A stretch of 64,000 nt of DNA from Lama guanicoe (lineage: Eukaryota). Position 1 is the first letter of the stretch. Every line of letters begins with the position of its first letter. The notes beneath the pieces are model-generated. The model was not told where the DNA came from. It did not search any database and saw nothing but the letters and a program-made list of their open reading frames with translations. Position numbers and translations under genes: made by a program. Location of the stretch: positions 682,001 through 746,000 of the forward strand of contig MU053881.1 in assembly GCA_013239625.1 (NCBI GenBank), read 5' to 3'. Below, piece by piece: positions 12,060 to 25,102 of this stretch.

Positions 12060-12965
12060 AAAGTATCTATAAATCATATATCTGATAAAGGCCTAGTACA
12101 CAGACTATATAAAGAACTTAAACTCAATAATAAAAGACAACCCAATCTAAAAACCAGCAAAAGATTTGAACAAACATTTCTCCAAAGATAAACCGATGCC
12201 CAACAGGCACATGAAAATGTGTTCCACATTATTACCTGTCAAGGAAATGCAAATCAAAACCAAAATAAGATACCACTTCATACCAGTAGGATGGCTATAA
12301 TGAAAAAGGCTGATAAAAACAAGTGTTGGCAAGAATGTGGAGAAAATGAAGCTCTCATACATTGCTTGTGGGAAAGCAAAATGGTGCAGCTGCTTTGGAA
12401 AACAGTTTGGCAGTTCCTCAAGAAGTTAAACATAGTTACCATATGACCCAACAACTCCACGCTTACAATTATATCCAAGAGAAATGAAAATGTATATTCA
12501 CCCAAAAACCTATACATGAATGTTCACAGAAGCATTATTCATAACAGTAGCCAAAAAGGGGAAACAACCCGTCAGTCATATGAGGAGTGGATAAATAAAA
12601 TGTATCATCCATACGATGGAATTATTATTCAATCATAAAAAGGATGAAGTAGCGATACAAGCTTCAGCATGGAAGGACTTTGAAAACATTCTAAGTGAAA
12701 GGGGCCAGACACGAAAGACCACATTATTATTCCACGTCTAGAGCGGGCAAATCCACAGAGACAGAAGGTAGATTAGTGGTCGCCAGGGACTGGCAGGAGT
12801 GGGAGATAGGGAGTGACTGCTTAATGGGTATGAGCTTCTTTTTGGATGATAAAAATGTTCTGGAATTAGACAGCAGTGATGGTTGACCAACACTGTGACT
12901 ATACTAAACCACTGAATTGCACACTTCAAAAGGGTAGACTTTAGTATGTGAATTATAACTCAAAT
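12060..12965 (+). mobile_element. Old LINE-1 (L1M-type) 3' portion in CANX intron 8
   Basis: Decayed ORF2 end (ggaaatgcaaatcaaaacc...tttggaaaacagtttggcagttcctcaa...) plus a typical L1M 3' UTR. Confidence 0.8.
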
Positions 12966-13545
12966 AATTACTCTTTAAAGTTCATCAAGAAGTACCTAAT
13001 TTCAAAGCTTTATGCAGTCAGTCATTGCAAGACAGCGCCACTTCAACTGGTAAGCAAAGACACCTGCTGATCTTGGTCACGATTATGCTTGTTTTTGAAC
13101 TATGCTAATTCTAAATCAACTGTGTGAGAATTAAACTTGTTTATTATTCAGCTGATCTTTTAAGCTAACAATCACTCCTTGACCTCCAAAATAAAACAGC
13201 TAGTTAAGGAATACAATTCTGAATGAGGCCAAGTCCAAATCTAATGTTCATCAAATATACAAAAAAACGCAGCCTTTATACCACTGCCACATAAAAATAT
13301 CAACTGGAATTTAACTTCTAAGCCTAAAAGGAGACGTCTACAAATGGAAGACCAGTTTCCATAATTTCTCCTGTCCACTTTCGGACACTTCCAAAAGCCA
13401 CCGTATGAGTTCAAATGTGGCCGTATACAAGAGTACAACCTGCCTATTGACATTTCTCACTACTATCCAATCTGTACCCATAAAAAGCTAAACATACTCA
13501 ACTTCCTTCATACATGTTCACTCCTATTCCTTTACTTTTAAAAAA

Positions 13546-13680
13546 TTATTTATTTATTTTTATTTGGGGGGGAGGTAGCTGGGTTTCCTTGGTTATTATT
13601 TTTAGTGGAGGTACCAGGGATTGAACCCAGAACCCTGTGCGTGCCAAGCCTGTGCTTTATCCAAGCTACACCCTCCCCCC
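13546..13680 (-). mobile_element. tRNA-Ala-derived SINE (camelid Vic-1 type), diverged copy in CANX intron 8
   Basis: Reverse complement gggggagggtgtagct...ggttctgggttcaatccctggtacctcc followed by an AT-rich tail. Confidence 0.8.
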
Positions 13681-14358
13681 GCCCCGTTCCTCCGCTGTTG
13701 CACATCATGTTCTTCTTCAACCAGGGAGCACATGTCCGATCTTCACCAGTTACTTAATTCTTGCCCTACTTTCGAGCCTCAATCTGACTTGCCCTGCTCC
13801 AAGAAGCTAGCCAAGTGAGGTATACCTGGTGCTCTGGTCACCAAGGAACACCTATCAGACCACTCCCCACATAGGTGCCAGCCTCATCTGCCTGCCTCAC
13901 ACCTGGGCTGGGAGTTGTGTAGGCGGCTGGTGTCCTTGTGGCTTTGTATTCCACTGCTCAACACAGAGCGGAGCTCTCCTGAGTACTGTTCAGATAGGAA
14001 AAAGGTTGTTTTTCAAATTAAAATTAAAAATTTTAGGACTCCAGCTTTAAATGTGAATTCAATGGAAAGGCTAGACCCAAGGTTCTGCCACAAATCAACC
14101 ATGTTACCACAGGCAAACTCCATCATCAATTTCAGCACTTTATGGCTTGTAAAATGGACTGAGGCAACCCAGACGATCACAGTGACGCTAGTTCACTTGG
14201 TGCTCGCTACTGTTCAGCGATAGTAGTCTACGTTGCTCCTAACATTTAGACTGCATCAGATTACTGAAATTATCAGATCTCAACCAACATTCAATTGTTC
14301 AAGCCATGTAGAATATACAAAATGCTCCACTGCGCTCGGACAGGTCCTGAAGACTCAC

Positions 14359-14548
14359 CAGTCATCTGGTTTGACAGCATCGGGATCTGGTATTTTTGGT
14401 CTTTCATCCCAATCTTCAGGCTTCCGGTCTTCTGGGTCCTCAATTTCACGTGAAGGATTTACAGGAGGAGTCATGTCATTTAATAGGTTTCCACTGTTCA
14501 CCACAGACTGGTCCACTAATATTTCAAAACTATTATCTGGATTCAGGA
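14359..14548 (-). CDS. CANX: Calnexin exon 8 ([13 protein letters not shown]...[22 protein letters not shown])
   Basis: AG/GT boundaries, 190 nt. Confidence 0.97.
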
Positions 14549-15927
14549 CTGAAAAAAAATTAAATGTAATTTTTGAAAAGTTAATTAGCCACTCTTTTCC
14601 AAGCTCTTTACCATAAAAGATCACATTTCTAACAGGAAGTGGAAGCATGGAGTAGAGATCTTGGGTGTTAGAGTCAGGACATGGCCTTGGAGCCCTAGGC
14701 AAGTTAGCATTCCTTTCCTTAGCTGTAAATTTTAAATGTTGGTTCTCTGGTTTTTAGGAATAAAAACAAATGATGGATAAAATTTTAAAACACCAAAAGA
14801 GTCCATGTATGAGCATTAAAAACATCAAAAAAACACAAGTACATAAACTAACGCAATGTTGTTTACACACTGCACAAATGGTTACACACCAGTCAACAGG
14901 CAAGTAAGTTTATTTATTATAACCACTTCCCAGTAGGAAGGTCCACTTCCTCATTTTTTGAGTATGTATTACCACTACCCAATGTTACCAAAATTCCCAA
15001 TTAGACACGCCACAAGTCTACTCACGTTATACTGAGTCCAGTGGAGAACATAAAACTGTAAATTCATAAAGGTATTTTAAGTATAAGTAATGCTAAAGTC
15101 TGGCTCCTACATCTAAGTGTCTGAGAGACAACCGACTAGGTCACAGCACACCCAGAACAGTACGGAAGGCGGCAGAGCCCTGTGCTGCTACCCTCGGTGG
15201 TAATGGTGATTATCCGTGTTATCAGTGATATGTGCTCTCACACAAAGATCCTCATACTGTTGGCAAAAAAGCGAAACTTTTCTCACTTTTAGTAAAAAAA
15301 ATTACATATGTACATGTTTATTCACATACGGCCAAATACATACAATTTGATATTTCAAATAATTTTAAATTTCTTCTTTTTGCTTATTTCTATCTTTTAA
15401 ATTCTCTACTGAATATGTATTACTTTTGTTATAAAGAAAAAGGTTATTTCACTTTTTAGGAAAAGAGGTTATGTCTGTGTATGATTTTAAACCAGCAGGA
15501 AAAACTTTAAACAGAAAACCTATTCCAATGTTTTAAATCATTAAACTCAACTGTCTAGGTGTGACAGCATCCAAACAAGTTCAATTGAAAGTTACTGTGT
15601 ATATATTTCTCTTGTATGTCCTATTACTTAATGTCTTATCAACAAGAAAATAAACAAAGGGAGGAAATGAGGGAGGATCAAGCAAAGAAGCTCTTTGATG
15701 GGACATACAAGCTGATTCTTAAAACTGTTTCAAACCCTAGTTCTTAATTCAACCTATGAAGAGAAGCTTCTCTTAGTGCTGAGAAATTAAGTTCATCTCA
15801 CCTCTAAGGTACTACGTCAACAGAGACTTATTTACAGGTCTGGGTCTTCTGCAGGTGTACCATCTTTAAATTAAATGGATAATACATATGTAGTGCCATA
15901 AACCAACAAATTAATAGTTTTTCTTAC

Positions 15928-16120
15928 TTAACGTATAAAGATGTGTTTTCTTATCAGTAAAATAGGTCTTCAGATCTGCGTCTGGCCTCTTAGCATGCTT
16001 TTCTTCATATACACCCGTTTTGGGGTTTTTGTGGCGGAAGATGAAGTGCAATTTATAGTCCTCTCCACATTTATCTGGACCAAACATAATCGTATAAGGG
16101 GTCTTGTCATGGAACTGATC
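15928..16120 (-). CDS. CANX: Calnexin exon 7 ([34 protein letters not shown]...THLYTL)
   Basis: Calreticulin-family signature [13 protein letters not shown] boundaries, 193 nt. Confidence 0.97.
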
Positions 16121-16619
16121 CTTCAGAAACAAAAAATGAAGTAAATCAATCAGTGTTTAAAAATCAACCTTTCAAAAGTGTTGTATGTCCTCTTATAAAA
16201 TCCCAAAGTGTCCTATTAAAGGAAAAGCTTATTCTTTTATGAGGGTTGTACAGGTACCAGTGAAGAGGAATAATCAGAAATTACCAGGGAACTTCACGTG
16301 AGAATATATGGAAGTGCTTAAAAACACAAAATAATGCACAAATCTAGATGGTCACTGCTTCTCTCATAAAACAAAGAAGTAAGTTTGCTAACATTAAAAT
16401 TTATACAGGACAGAAAACAGGGATAAGACAGAACAGCTTTGAAATTTACATTTCAAATGAAAAGCACAGAAATGTCCAAGTGGACATTCTCAACTTTCAA
16501 AATATTTCAACAGCAGTAGAGAAGGACTTTATTTTCACAGGCCTTAGAAAATTGTCTTTGGTTTTCTCTTAGATTCTTACAGCTGTGGGTGGCCACGTAA
16601 AGAAATAGGAAGTACCTAC

Positions 16620-16701
16620 CAGGTTGAGTTCCGGGGTTTTGGAAAGTAGTTTCACATAGGCACCGCCACACTCTATTCCGTTTTGGAAATTAACCTCATA
16701 C
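16620..16701 (-). CDS. CANX: Calnexin exon 6 ([27 protein letters not shown])
   Basis: Calreticulin-family signature [13 protein letters not shown] boundaries, 82 nt. Confidence 0.96.
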
Positions 16702-17127
16702 CTAATTTCAGAGAAGAACGCAGAAAACTATATGGCATTCTGAAAGATCAAATTTCTTAATTTATTTCCCTTTTCCCCCACCTTGGTCACAGGTCATATG
16801 GGAAGAGTCCATCTTCTATTATTATGACTACCCAATGCCCCAAAAATAAATAAGTAAAAGAAAATAAAATCTTAACGCAGATTCCCAGTAAATATATTCC
16901 ACAAAATCCAGAAGCTCATTAGCTATCAGGAGGAAAAAGCTGATTTACTTCCAAATAATTTACTGGCAGGAAGAAAAATATTAGATCATAGGATGCTTAA
17001 ATACACCCCCAAATCCCTCTGGTAGCATATAGTTATTCTCATAATTCTTTTACACGGAGTAGTAGTTTAATAATGTAATTTCTTCTCCCTCCCTAGAAAG
17101 CTTCTATCAAACAAGCGTTTCGCTCAC

Positions 17128-17269
17128 TGAACAATGAGAGGCTTGGTGTCAAAGAGGAAGGGCTTGCTCAGTTTAGTGGAGATGGCATGATGCTTGGCCC
17201 GAGTCATCAACACGAGTCCTTTATCGCCGGGAAGTTTTGTTTCCTTCATTTCATCTACCTCCCATTTCC
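17128..17269 (-). CDS. CANX: Calnexin exon 5 ([48 protein letters not shown])
   Basis: AG/GT boundaries, 142 nt, manual translation. Confidence 0.96.
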
Positions 17270-17742
17270 CTGCAAGAAAACAAAAAAAAAAGTTCTACTC
17301 CCTAACTGTACCTCTGGAGATCCTTTAAATGGTAACAAACAAAACTCCAAGTTGTGCAAATCAATCATACTGAAAAATGTTTAGCACGTTCCGTTTACCT
17401 CTGAGAGCTGGCCTACTAATATTAAACACACAAAATTGACAAATACTAGGATCTGGTTTTTAAAAGCCTATAGCATATTCATTTTAACACTGCCTAGAAA
17501 GACCTGCCATTTCCAACATACAGCACCACAGATAATAAATCATCTTCCCGTCTTTTTGGTGTAAAACAAACGTTAAACAGGTCTAAGCCTATAAAATATA
17601 AAGGAACACACAAAGATAGCAAACCTCCAAGGAAAAAATCTTAAAGTACACACAAACTCCTTTTAAACTAGTCTTAAGAGGTACTATGGAAACATGTCAA
17701 ACCTCTGTTTGCTACTATATCTAAATTAAATGAAACTCTCAC

Positions 17743-17801
17743 CATCGTATTTGGCAATTTCATCATCAGTGTCATCTTTCTTGGCTTTGGATAAAATCCA
17801 C
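17743..17801 (-). CDS. CANX: Calnexin exon 4 (WILSKAKKDDTDDEIAKYD)
   Basis: AG/GT boundaries, 59 nt. Confidence 0.95.
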
Positions 17802-18252
17802 CTATAATTAAGACATACCCCAAAATTAAGATTCAAATTATAGTTGGCCTGTAAAAAGAAACAATGTAAATACCAATAAAAACAGGGAAATAGCCAGCTT
17901 TTCTCAGCCTACTTAACCATTCTACTTTCAACTTTTAAAACTGTCATACAAGTAGTGATTATAAACCTGTAAGAAAAAGTACCAAACCCATGCAATACAC
18001 CCACTTTTTTTAAGACTCAAGGAAAAAAAATTTTTTCCAGTCAAAGAGCAAAATACAGAGTGAAGGGAGAGAGAAATGGAATCAAGAACCACGTGTTTTA
18101 GAAGACTGTTTTCCTAAATGGGCATGAACAATGAAGATACAAAACAGTTGGACATTTCACTATATAAACTACTACCCAAAGAGGAATCCACTATTCCATC
18201 TTAGTTACATGACGTTTGCCTCTTAAGACGTTTTCCCCTAAGAAACACTTAC

Positions 18253-18326
18253 CCTGACAGAGTTCCTCTGTCAAAGGAATCAGCAAAATACACTTCCCCT
18301 GTTGGAACTGGAGCTTTGTAGGTGAC
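18253..18326 (-). CDS. CANX: Calnexin exon 3 (VTYKAPVPTGEVYFADSFDRGTLSG)
   Basis: AG/GT boundaries, 74 nt. Confidence 0.95.
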
Positions 18327-18601
18327 CTGTGTTAAGTATAAAAATGAATTAAGAACTGCAATTTTCAGCAACGTGTCTTTCTTAATAGGATCTATTCTCT
18401 CAGCCTGCTTTCAAACTTTCATGGCTGGCCCTTGAATTCAACCCATGTAACTGATCTTTGGTATAATGTAACAAAGGCTGATGGAGAGATCAAAAACTGT
18501 TTGAGCAAACTTTGCTTTCCCTGTGACAAGGATCCAAATTTACCTTCATTCTTTGATTATCTCAAGAGGTAAAATGAATAGATTCAAAGACCACTTCAAA
18601 C

Positions 18602-18775
18602 CTTTGGAGATGGAGCAGTGCTGGCATCTGGTTTCGGTTTTGAGTCTTCCACCTCTTCAATGACATCATCGAGGTCATCTTCAATGTCAATCACATCATC
18701 GTCATGGCCATCGTGAGCCTGGATGACAGCGGTCCCAAGGACCAGCAACACACACAGCAGCCACTTGCCTTCCAT
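18602..18775 (-). CDS. CANX: Calnexin exon 2, coding part (start codon and signal peptide MEGKWLLCVLLVLGTAVIQAHDGHDDD...APSPK)
   Basis: Acceptor AG at 18780-18779, 3 nt of UTR, ATG at 18775, 174 nt coding. The 14 coding exons sum to 1782 nt, i.e. 593 aa plus stop, with compatible phases. Confidence 0.97.
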
Positions 18776-20384
18776 GACCTAAATATAGAAAGAGTAAAGT
18801 TAAATGTATCATCTTTTAAAAATTTTATAGAGATCACTAACCCCTCTTATTTAAAATTAAAAGCTTTCAAATCAGAGCTAAAAGGAATTTTATTGCGAAT
18901 ATTTCATTTTACAGATAAAAAAGTGAGCTCAGACAGATTAAGAGGTTTTCCTAAAATCAGTTAAAAGATTCAAGTTCAAGAACTCAAATGAATAAAACTC
19001 AAATATAAACAACTGTCCCCATATAGAGTGCTCAAATTCCAAATTAATCTCTTGCATCTGTAAAGAGGTTTACAGTGGTCAAAGCCCCTTCCACAGATCA
19101 CTTTAAATGAGTACTAATTAAAACATTACAATGAAATAACAGAGGTGCTAACTAGCCTCACACTAAAGACTTAATATAGATACTGCTGCTGTTGTCCAAA
19201 GATTGTGAAGTGCAGACATGGTTTTAAATTAGTGTTTTAAGACTCAACAGAAAAAATACTAAACCAAGGACCAGCTACTTTTCTCTCTTATTTTCTAAGC
19301 ACTTAAATGCCTTGTGTATTGTATTAGATTGTCCTGGATGGTAGTTGGCCCTCTTTCCAAGGACCATAGAGCTAAAGATATAAAAACTGAGCCACAAGGA
19401 TGCACAAAATAATCCGGAAGTAAGTAGTGTGAATTTTCAAATCTGCAAGATGAAAAGAGATCTGGAGATGGATAGAGGTGACGGCTGCACAACAACGTGA
19501 ATGTACTTAATGCCACTGAGCTTACGCTTACTAATAGTTAGGATGGAAAGTCTCACAATAAGCATTTTTACTACAATAAAAAAGATTTAAAAAAAAACTG
19601 AGCTTAATTTTTCTGGTCTCTTGTAAATCAACTTATTCCAAAGCTGAATGTAATGGCTAATTTCTTACACACTCTATAATCCTTTAGAGTGAGTAACAAT
19701 ATATGGAACCAGATTTTCACATATCATGTGGTGGTATTTATCTTATTTACGTATCTTGGGTACTGTATTCACAAAACGAAAGAAGGTAAAGTTCACTGGA
19801 TTCCTAAATGTTTAGCACTTAGGCAGTGCAGAAAATAAAGGTGGTAAATAAAATCATTCATAACCCTTCCTGGAACTGGTATCGGTTTTTAGAAGAAATT
19901 CTTAATATCAGCATTCTGCTGTGGCTTCTTATATACTAAGAAACATCAGTAACCTCTCATCCATTCATTTCAGAGGCCTCCATTCTCTACCGTCAAAATA
20001 ATACACAATGCCACAGCTATATTGCTTCGATTTACAACTGCAAAGGACTCCCTAAAACTAAACAGGCTGATTCAACACTTTTACCTAAATCAACTCTCTA
20101 CAACTCCAAAGTTCTCATAGAAACAATGCTACAAATGGTAGCTGGATTCCCAGGGATAAGCTACCAAACCTAATCAGCTCCAAACCTAGCTAAAACAGTA
20201 TCCGCATACAATTATTAACTGTTTGAAAGAAAGACAAGACGCAGTAAGCTAGTAGTAAGTAAAGCACAAAACCACGGCTGCTGGAGCACTGCTGCTCGAG
20301 GGAAAGCCAGCCGGGGGGGGTGAGCTCATCTCTTTTGAAAGGTAAGTGATTTTTTTCCCCTCAATTTTTAATTTGTTGACACAT

Positions 20385-20715
20385 TGTTATTAGGGAAGCT
20401 CTAACTCCCAGTGTGACTGTATTTGGAGGTAGGACCTTCAAGGAAGTAATCAAGGTTAAAAGAGGCCAGCGGTGGGGCCCTAGCCCAACAGGCCTGCTGT
20501 CTACATTAAGAGGAAGAGAACCAGGAGTGTGTGCAAAGCGGTGAGTTCATGTGAGGACACAGTGAGGGGGCAGGGGACATAGCCCTCTGCAAGCAAAGGA
20601 CAGCATCCACTCCAGACACCAACTCTGCCAACGCCTTGATCTTGGACTTCCAGCCTCCAGAACTGTGAGAAATTACTCTCTGTTGTTTAAGCCGCCCAGC
20701 CGGCGGTGCTGTGTG
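20385..20715. mobile_element. MLT1-type (MaLR) solo LTR
   Basis: ccttgatcttggacttccagcctccagaactgtgagaaat...tgttgtttaagcc is the characteristic MLT1 motif. Confidence 0.75.
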
Positions 20716-20769
20716 GCAGGCGGCGCAGACTCACACAGCTGTCCCAGGTTAAGGGCGATGTCACCACGG

Positions 20770-20925
20770 TGCTTCGCACACTGGAGCACACATCAGCACC
20801 ACTCCGGGCGCTTGCTGGAACGACTGCTGATTCAGCAGGTGTGGGCTGGGCTTGCACATTTCCAGCAAGTTCCAGGGGATGCCGAGGCCGCTGGCTCAGG
20901 AACCACACTCTGAGAACCCCTGATT
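20770..20925. mobile_element. MER5A-type hAT DNA transposon remnant
   Basis: gattcagcaggtgtgggctggg...gcacatttccagcaagttccaggggatgc...accacactctgagaacccctg. Confidence 0.7.
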
Positions 20926-21899
20926 AGGGTTTGCGAATAATCCGTTTTGCTCCATTTTCCAGCTCATAAAGCACTTTCACATACATATGTTGTTTCATGT
21001 AGACCTCCCTGGAGGTAGTACTCTCATTTTATTTTATACATTAGGAACAAAGACTTTGTGAAATGAAAATAACCCAATCATTGATTCCTTATCACAACCA
21101 GTAAGTGAGAGTCACAGAATCCAAACTCCATATTTAATACACAGGACAAAATGCAGCTGAGTACTGAGGTGTGATGGGACAGGGCAGGAAGACTAGTCAG
21201 GACGGGCAGTGGGGCGAGTGGTCTGGGCTGGGGGATCCAGACAGGGTTTAGTGAGGGAGGGTGCAACTGCAGAGCAGACAGCGCAGGTCTGGGGACCCTG
21301 GCACCTGGGAAAGGTGGCATCCACATGCAGGAGGCAGAATGGCACCAAGAAAAGGAAACCAGTTTTCAGGAAGCAGATGGCTACCATCCCGGTCAGGAAC
21401 ATAGACCGGGGTCTCCAGCAAACTTCAGGGAAGCACTTCCCTCCACAACCACTCACCCTCCACCCTGAGTTGCAGAACCTGGTTTTTCAAGTAGAAGTCT
21501 TAGGCACTCATCCGTTACTTTCATGCTATCCAGAGGGTGACAAATCTATTCCCACAGCCATGCACGCAGGAGCCTTAGCCCACAGCTAGCTTTACATATG
21601 CAATTGCAGCAACTGTAATCTGCCGATACTCCTAAGAAGATGCCACAGTAAACAGGTCTAGTTCCAAGAACAACTATTAAGCCAGCTTAAACATTCCAAG
21701 TTTTGTTAAAGACCTGTCCATATTTACAAAAAATTCAAGACAGCACATTTTCAGGTGATCTTAACTCTCTTCTTTGTTAATGAGAATCCGACATTACCAA
21801 GAAACAAAATCCCTCCCTCATTTCAGTCCTCCTACCCATACTCCTCATGGAGTGCAAAAGGTGCGTAAAAAGGATGTTGCACTGTGATACTTTCTAGAA

Positions 21900-24300
21900 G
21901 AAACAGAAAATTTAAGTGATCTTGAGTTGGACGATGAGTTTTTAATACATCAAAAGCAAAATACGTGAAAAGAAAAAATTGGTTAAGTGGGATTTCATTA
22001 AAATTAAAAACTTCAACTCTATGAAAGAGAAACTTAAGAGAATTAAAAGACAAATCAAACTAGGAGAAAATATTTGCAAAATTCGTATCTGATAATAAAC
22101 TAGTTTCCAACACATACAAAGAACACAAACAACAAGAAAACAAACCACCCAATCACAAAAATGGACAAAAGATCTAACAGATTTCTCACCAAAGAAGATA
22201 CTCAGACAGCACGTGAAAAGATGCTCAAACATCATTTGCCATTAGGAAACTGCAAATGAAGACAACAATGAGATAGTACCAGACACCTATTAGAACGGCC
22301 AAGATTTTAAAAGCTGGCAAGGATGTGAAGTAACAGGAACCCTCATTTTATTGCTAGTGAAAATCCAAAATAGTACAGTCAGTTTGGAAAACAGTTTGGC
22401 CATTTCTTACAAAGGTACCTATAGTCTCACCACAGGATTCAGTGATGGTGCTCCCAGGTACCTACCCAGCTGAGCTGAAAGCTTATAAAGGCACAGAAAC
22501 CTGCACGCAAGTGTTCCTATCAGCTTTATACATAATCACCTCAAACTTGAAGAAACCAAAATGTTTTTCAGTAGGTGAATGAATAAACAAACTGTAGTAC
22601 ACCCATACGATGGGATGCTGTTCAGGAATTAAAAGATGAGCTATCAAACTAAAAAAAGACCTGGATGAATCCTTAGCGGATAGTGCTAAGCGAAAGAAGC
22701 CAGTCTGGAAAGGTGACATGCTGTATAATTTCACTTATATCACATTCTGAAAAGGGTAAAGCTCTACATATAGTAAAAACAACAACAAATCAGTGTTGCC
22801 AGAAGCCTGGGGGAGGTGGTCAGGCTGACTAGGTAAGCATGTGGAAATTTCTAGGCAGTGAAACTGCATGCTACTACTATGGGTCTGTGACACTATGCAT
22901 TTGTCAAAACCCATAAAACTTTACAGCACAAAGAGTGAATCTTGATGTAGGAAAAAATTTTTAAATCATTTAGGAGGTTGAGTGATCCAAGGAGAGCATG
23001 CAGGATGTGACAAAACAATCTAACTGTATTGCAAATATTTGAAACAAAGAGGTGGAGGGAAAAGATGCTAACCTAAGTAACTCAGGAAATGAGTGGCATC
23101 TGTGAAATCAGACTGTACAAAAGCATTGTTCACATTGGTTAAGTTGTTGCACCTAAGCATACAGGTTAACAATTCAGATACTGATATCCATGTATATAGG
23201 AGCTGAACGATTAAGTATGTGGATGGTGGGAGCCACTTTCAATGTAGGGTGCAGGAATTGATAGATAAGTAAGGGAATCTTGGTTTCCAGTATTATCGCC
23301 AGTAAAGGGAAACAGTGCTCTGTGGCTGATTCTAGGATTATGGCAGGAAATATGCAAGGCAAGCCTGGAGGAGCATCTCGTAGCACCAGAAGGGAAATAA
23401 GTGTTCCAAACAAAAGCAAAACCAAAACACCCACAATGATGAGGGCTATGTCAAAGGAACACAAGAGTGAACAATGGCCAGAGCTGGAACATGAGCAACA
23501 AAACAAGTGGTGCTAGATTATACCCCAAAGTATAGAATAAATGCCCATGAATCTATACAACACAAACACAAGACTGAGTAAATAAACAAATGGGGACGAG
23601 ATAAATTTCCCATGCAGAAATATTCCAAGTAATTGATATAGATACTCCACCATCAAGGAGGTGGAAAATAACCCCCTACTCCTTACATGCGGGCTGCACA
23701 GAGTAGTGCCCTTCCACAGGGCACAGCAGGGCGAGGGGTAAAAACAGAAACTTCACAGTGGAGAAGCCCCGCAAACACTACTTCAGCCAGGCAGCCAAGG
23801 TCAACACTAACACTGATAGGTCATGTTTACAGTGTGCACCCTCGATGCAGTGTTATGGAAACAGTACTTTAACCTCTGTGGTCTTCCTCCCCAAAATCCA
23901 TATTCCCTCTAATCACGAGGAAAACATCACAGAAATTCCAACAGAGAGACGTTCTACAAAATAACCTGACTAGCAGGCCTCAAATATGTCGAGGCCATCA
24001 AAAACAGAGGAAATTTAACCAACTGTCACAGCCGAGAGGAGCTTAAGGAGACATGATGCCTAAATGCAACGTGGTGTCCTGGAAAAGACGAAGGGCAGCA
24101 AGCGACAACAAAGGAAATCTGAACTAAATACGGACTTTGGCTGGTAATTACTTATGAATATCAGTTCATTAATTATAATACATATACTATATAATGTTAA
24201 GTTGTTAATATTCACGGAAACTAGATATGGGTTCTACGGGAATACTCTGTACTAGCTTCATTTTTCTGTTGACCTAACACTATTACATAAAAATTACAGG
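21900..24300 (+). mobile_element. Old LINE-1 (L1M-type) 3' portion in CANX intron 1
   Basis: Decayed ORF2 end and long 3' UTR. Boundaries approximate. Confidence 0.7.
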
Positions 24301-25038
24301 ATTTTTTTAAAAAAAGGATGTCCCATTGTTATCCATTAAATGTTGCTCTCTCCACCCCTCCAAAAAAATCATGGGGCTGAAATATGGTATCGGAATCTAG
24401 TCTAACTCTCCTTTTTGAGAAGAAACTGAGGTACAAGAGATTGACTTGCCAAAAACCAGATATTGGCAGAATCAGGATCAGAAGCCAAGCCTCCTGTCTC
24501 CCAGTACAGTGTGCCCTTCGGTGATTCTACACTGCTTTTATCTTAGAGACACAAAATGATGTTTCACATATTTTAAAGTCTAAGAAGATTTTAGAAGTTT
24601 CTTGTCTCCCTTTTAAACTCTTCATTTGGCTTATCATTTACAGACTCCTAAGCAGAGTGCAGATCTCTCGCCACCCACTATTTGCAACAAAGCAATAACG
24701 CTTTTAAAAAACAAATAGCACACCTGCCCATCCCCCAGCCCCGCAACCTCCCCAAAGCCACAGAGCAAGTGATTCCTGGATCCAGAATGCTCAGGAGTAA
24801 AGAAATCATGTACCTTTAAGCCCAGTAACACTCCTCTGTAGTAAAGAAATATTTACATTTCCTAAAATTCTCTTCTACTTCACAGTTCATGCTCACTAGG
24901 ATGTATGAGCTCTTTTAGCGCAAGGTTTCTCATGTTCCTGGATGAAATTATAGCAGTTTCTCCCATACTTTTATTTCCTGCTTGAAAGCCATCATTTTCT
25001 TGGAGCACTTCATTTCCTAGTTTTCTTTTAGAAGACAT

Positions 25039-25059
25039 TCTCTCTCTCTCTCTCACATA

Positions 25060-25101
<42 letters not shown>
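25039..25101. repeat. Compound (TC)n(CA)n microsatellite in CANX intron 1
   Basis: Directly visible. Confidence 0.95.
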
Positions 25102-25102
<1 letters not shown>
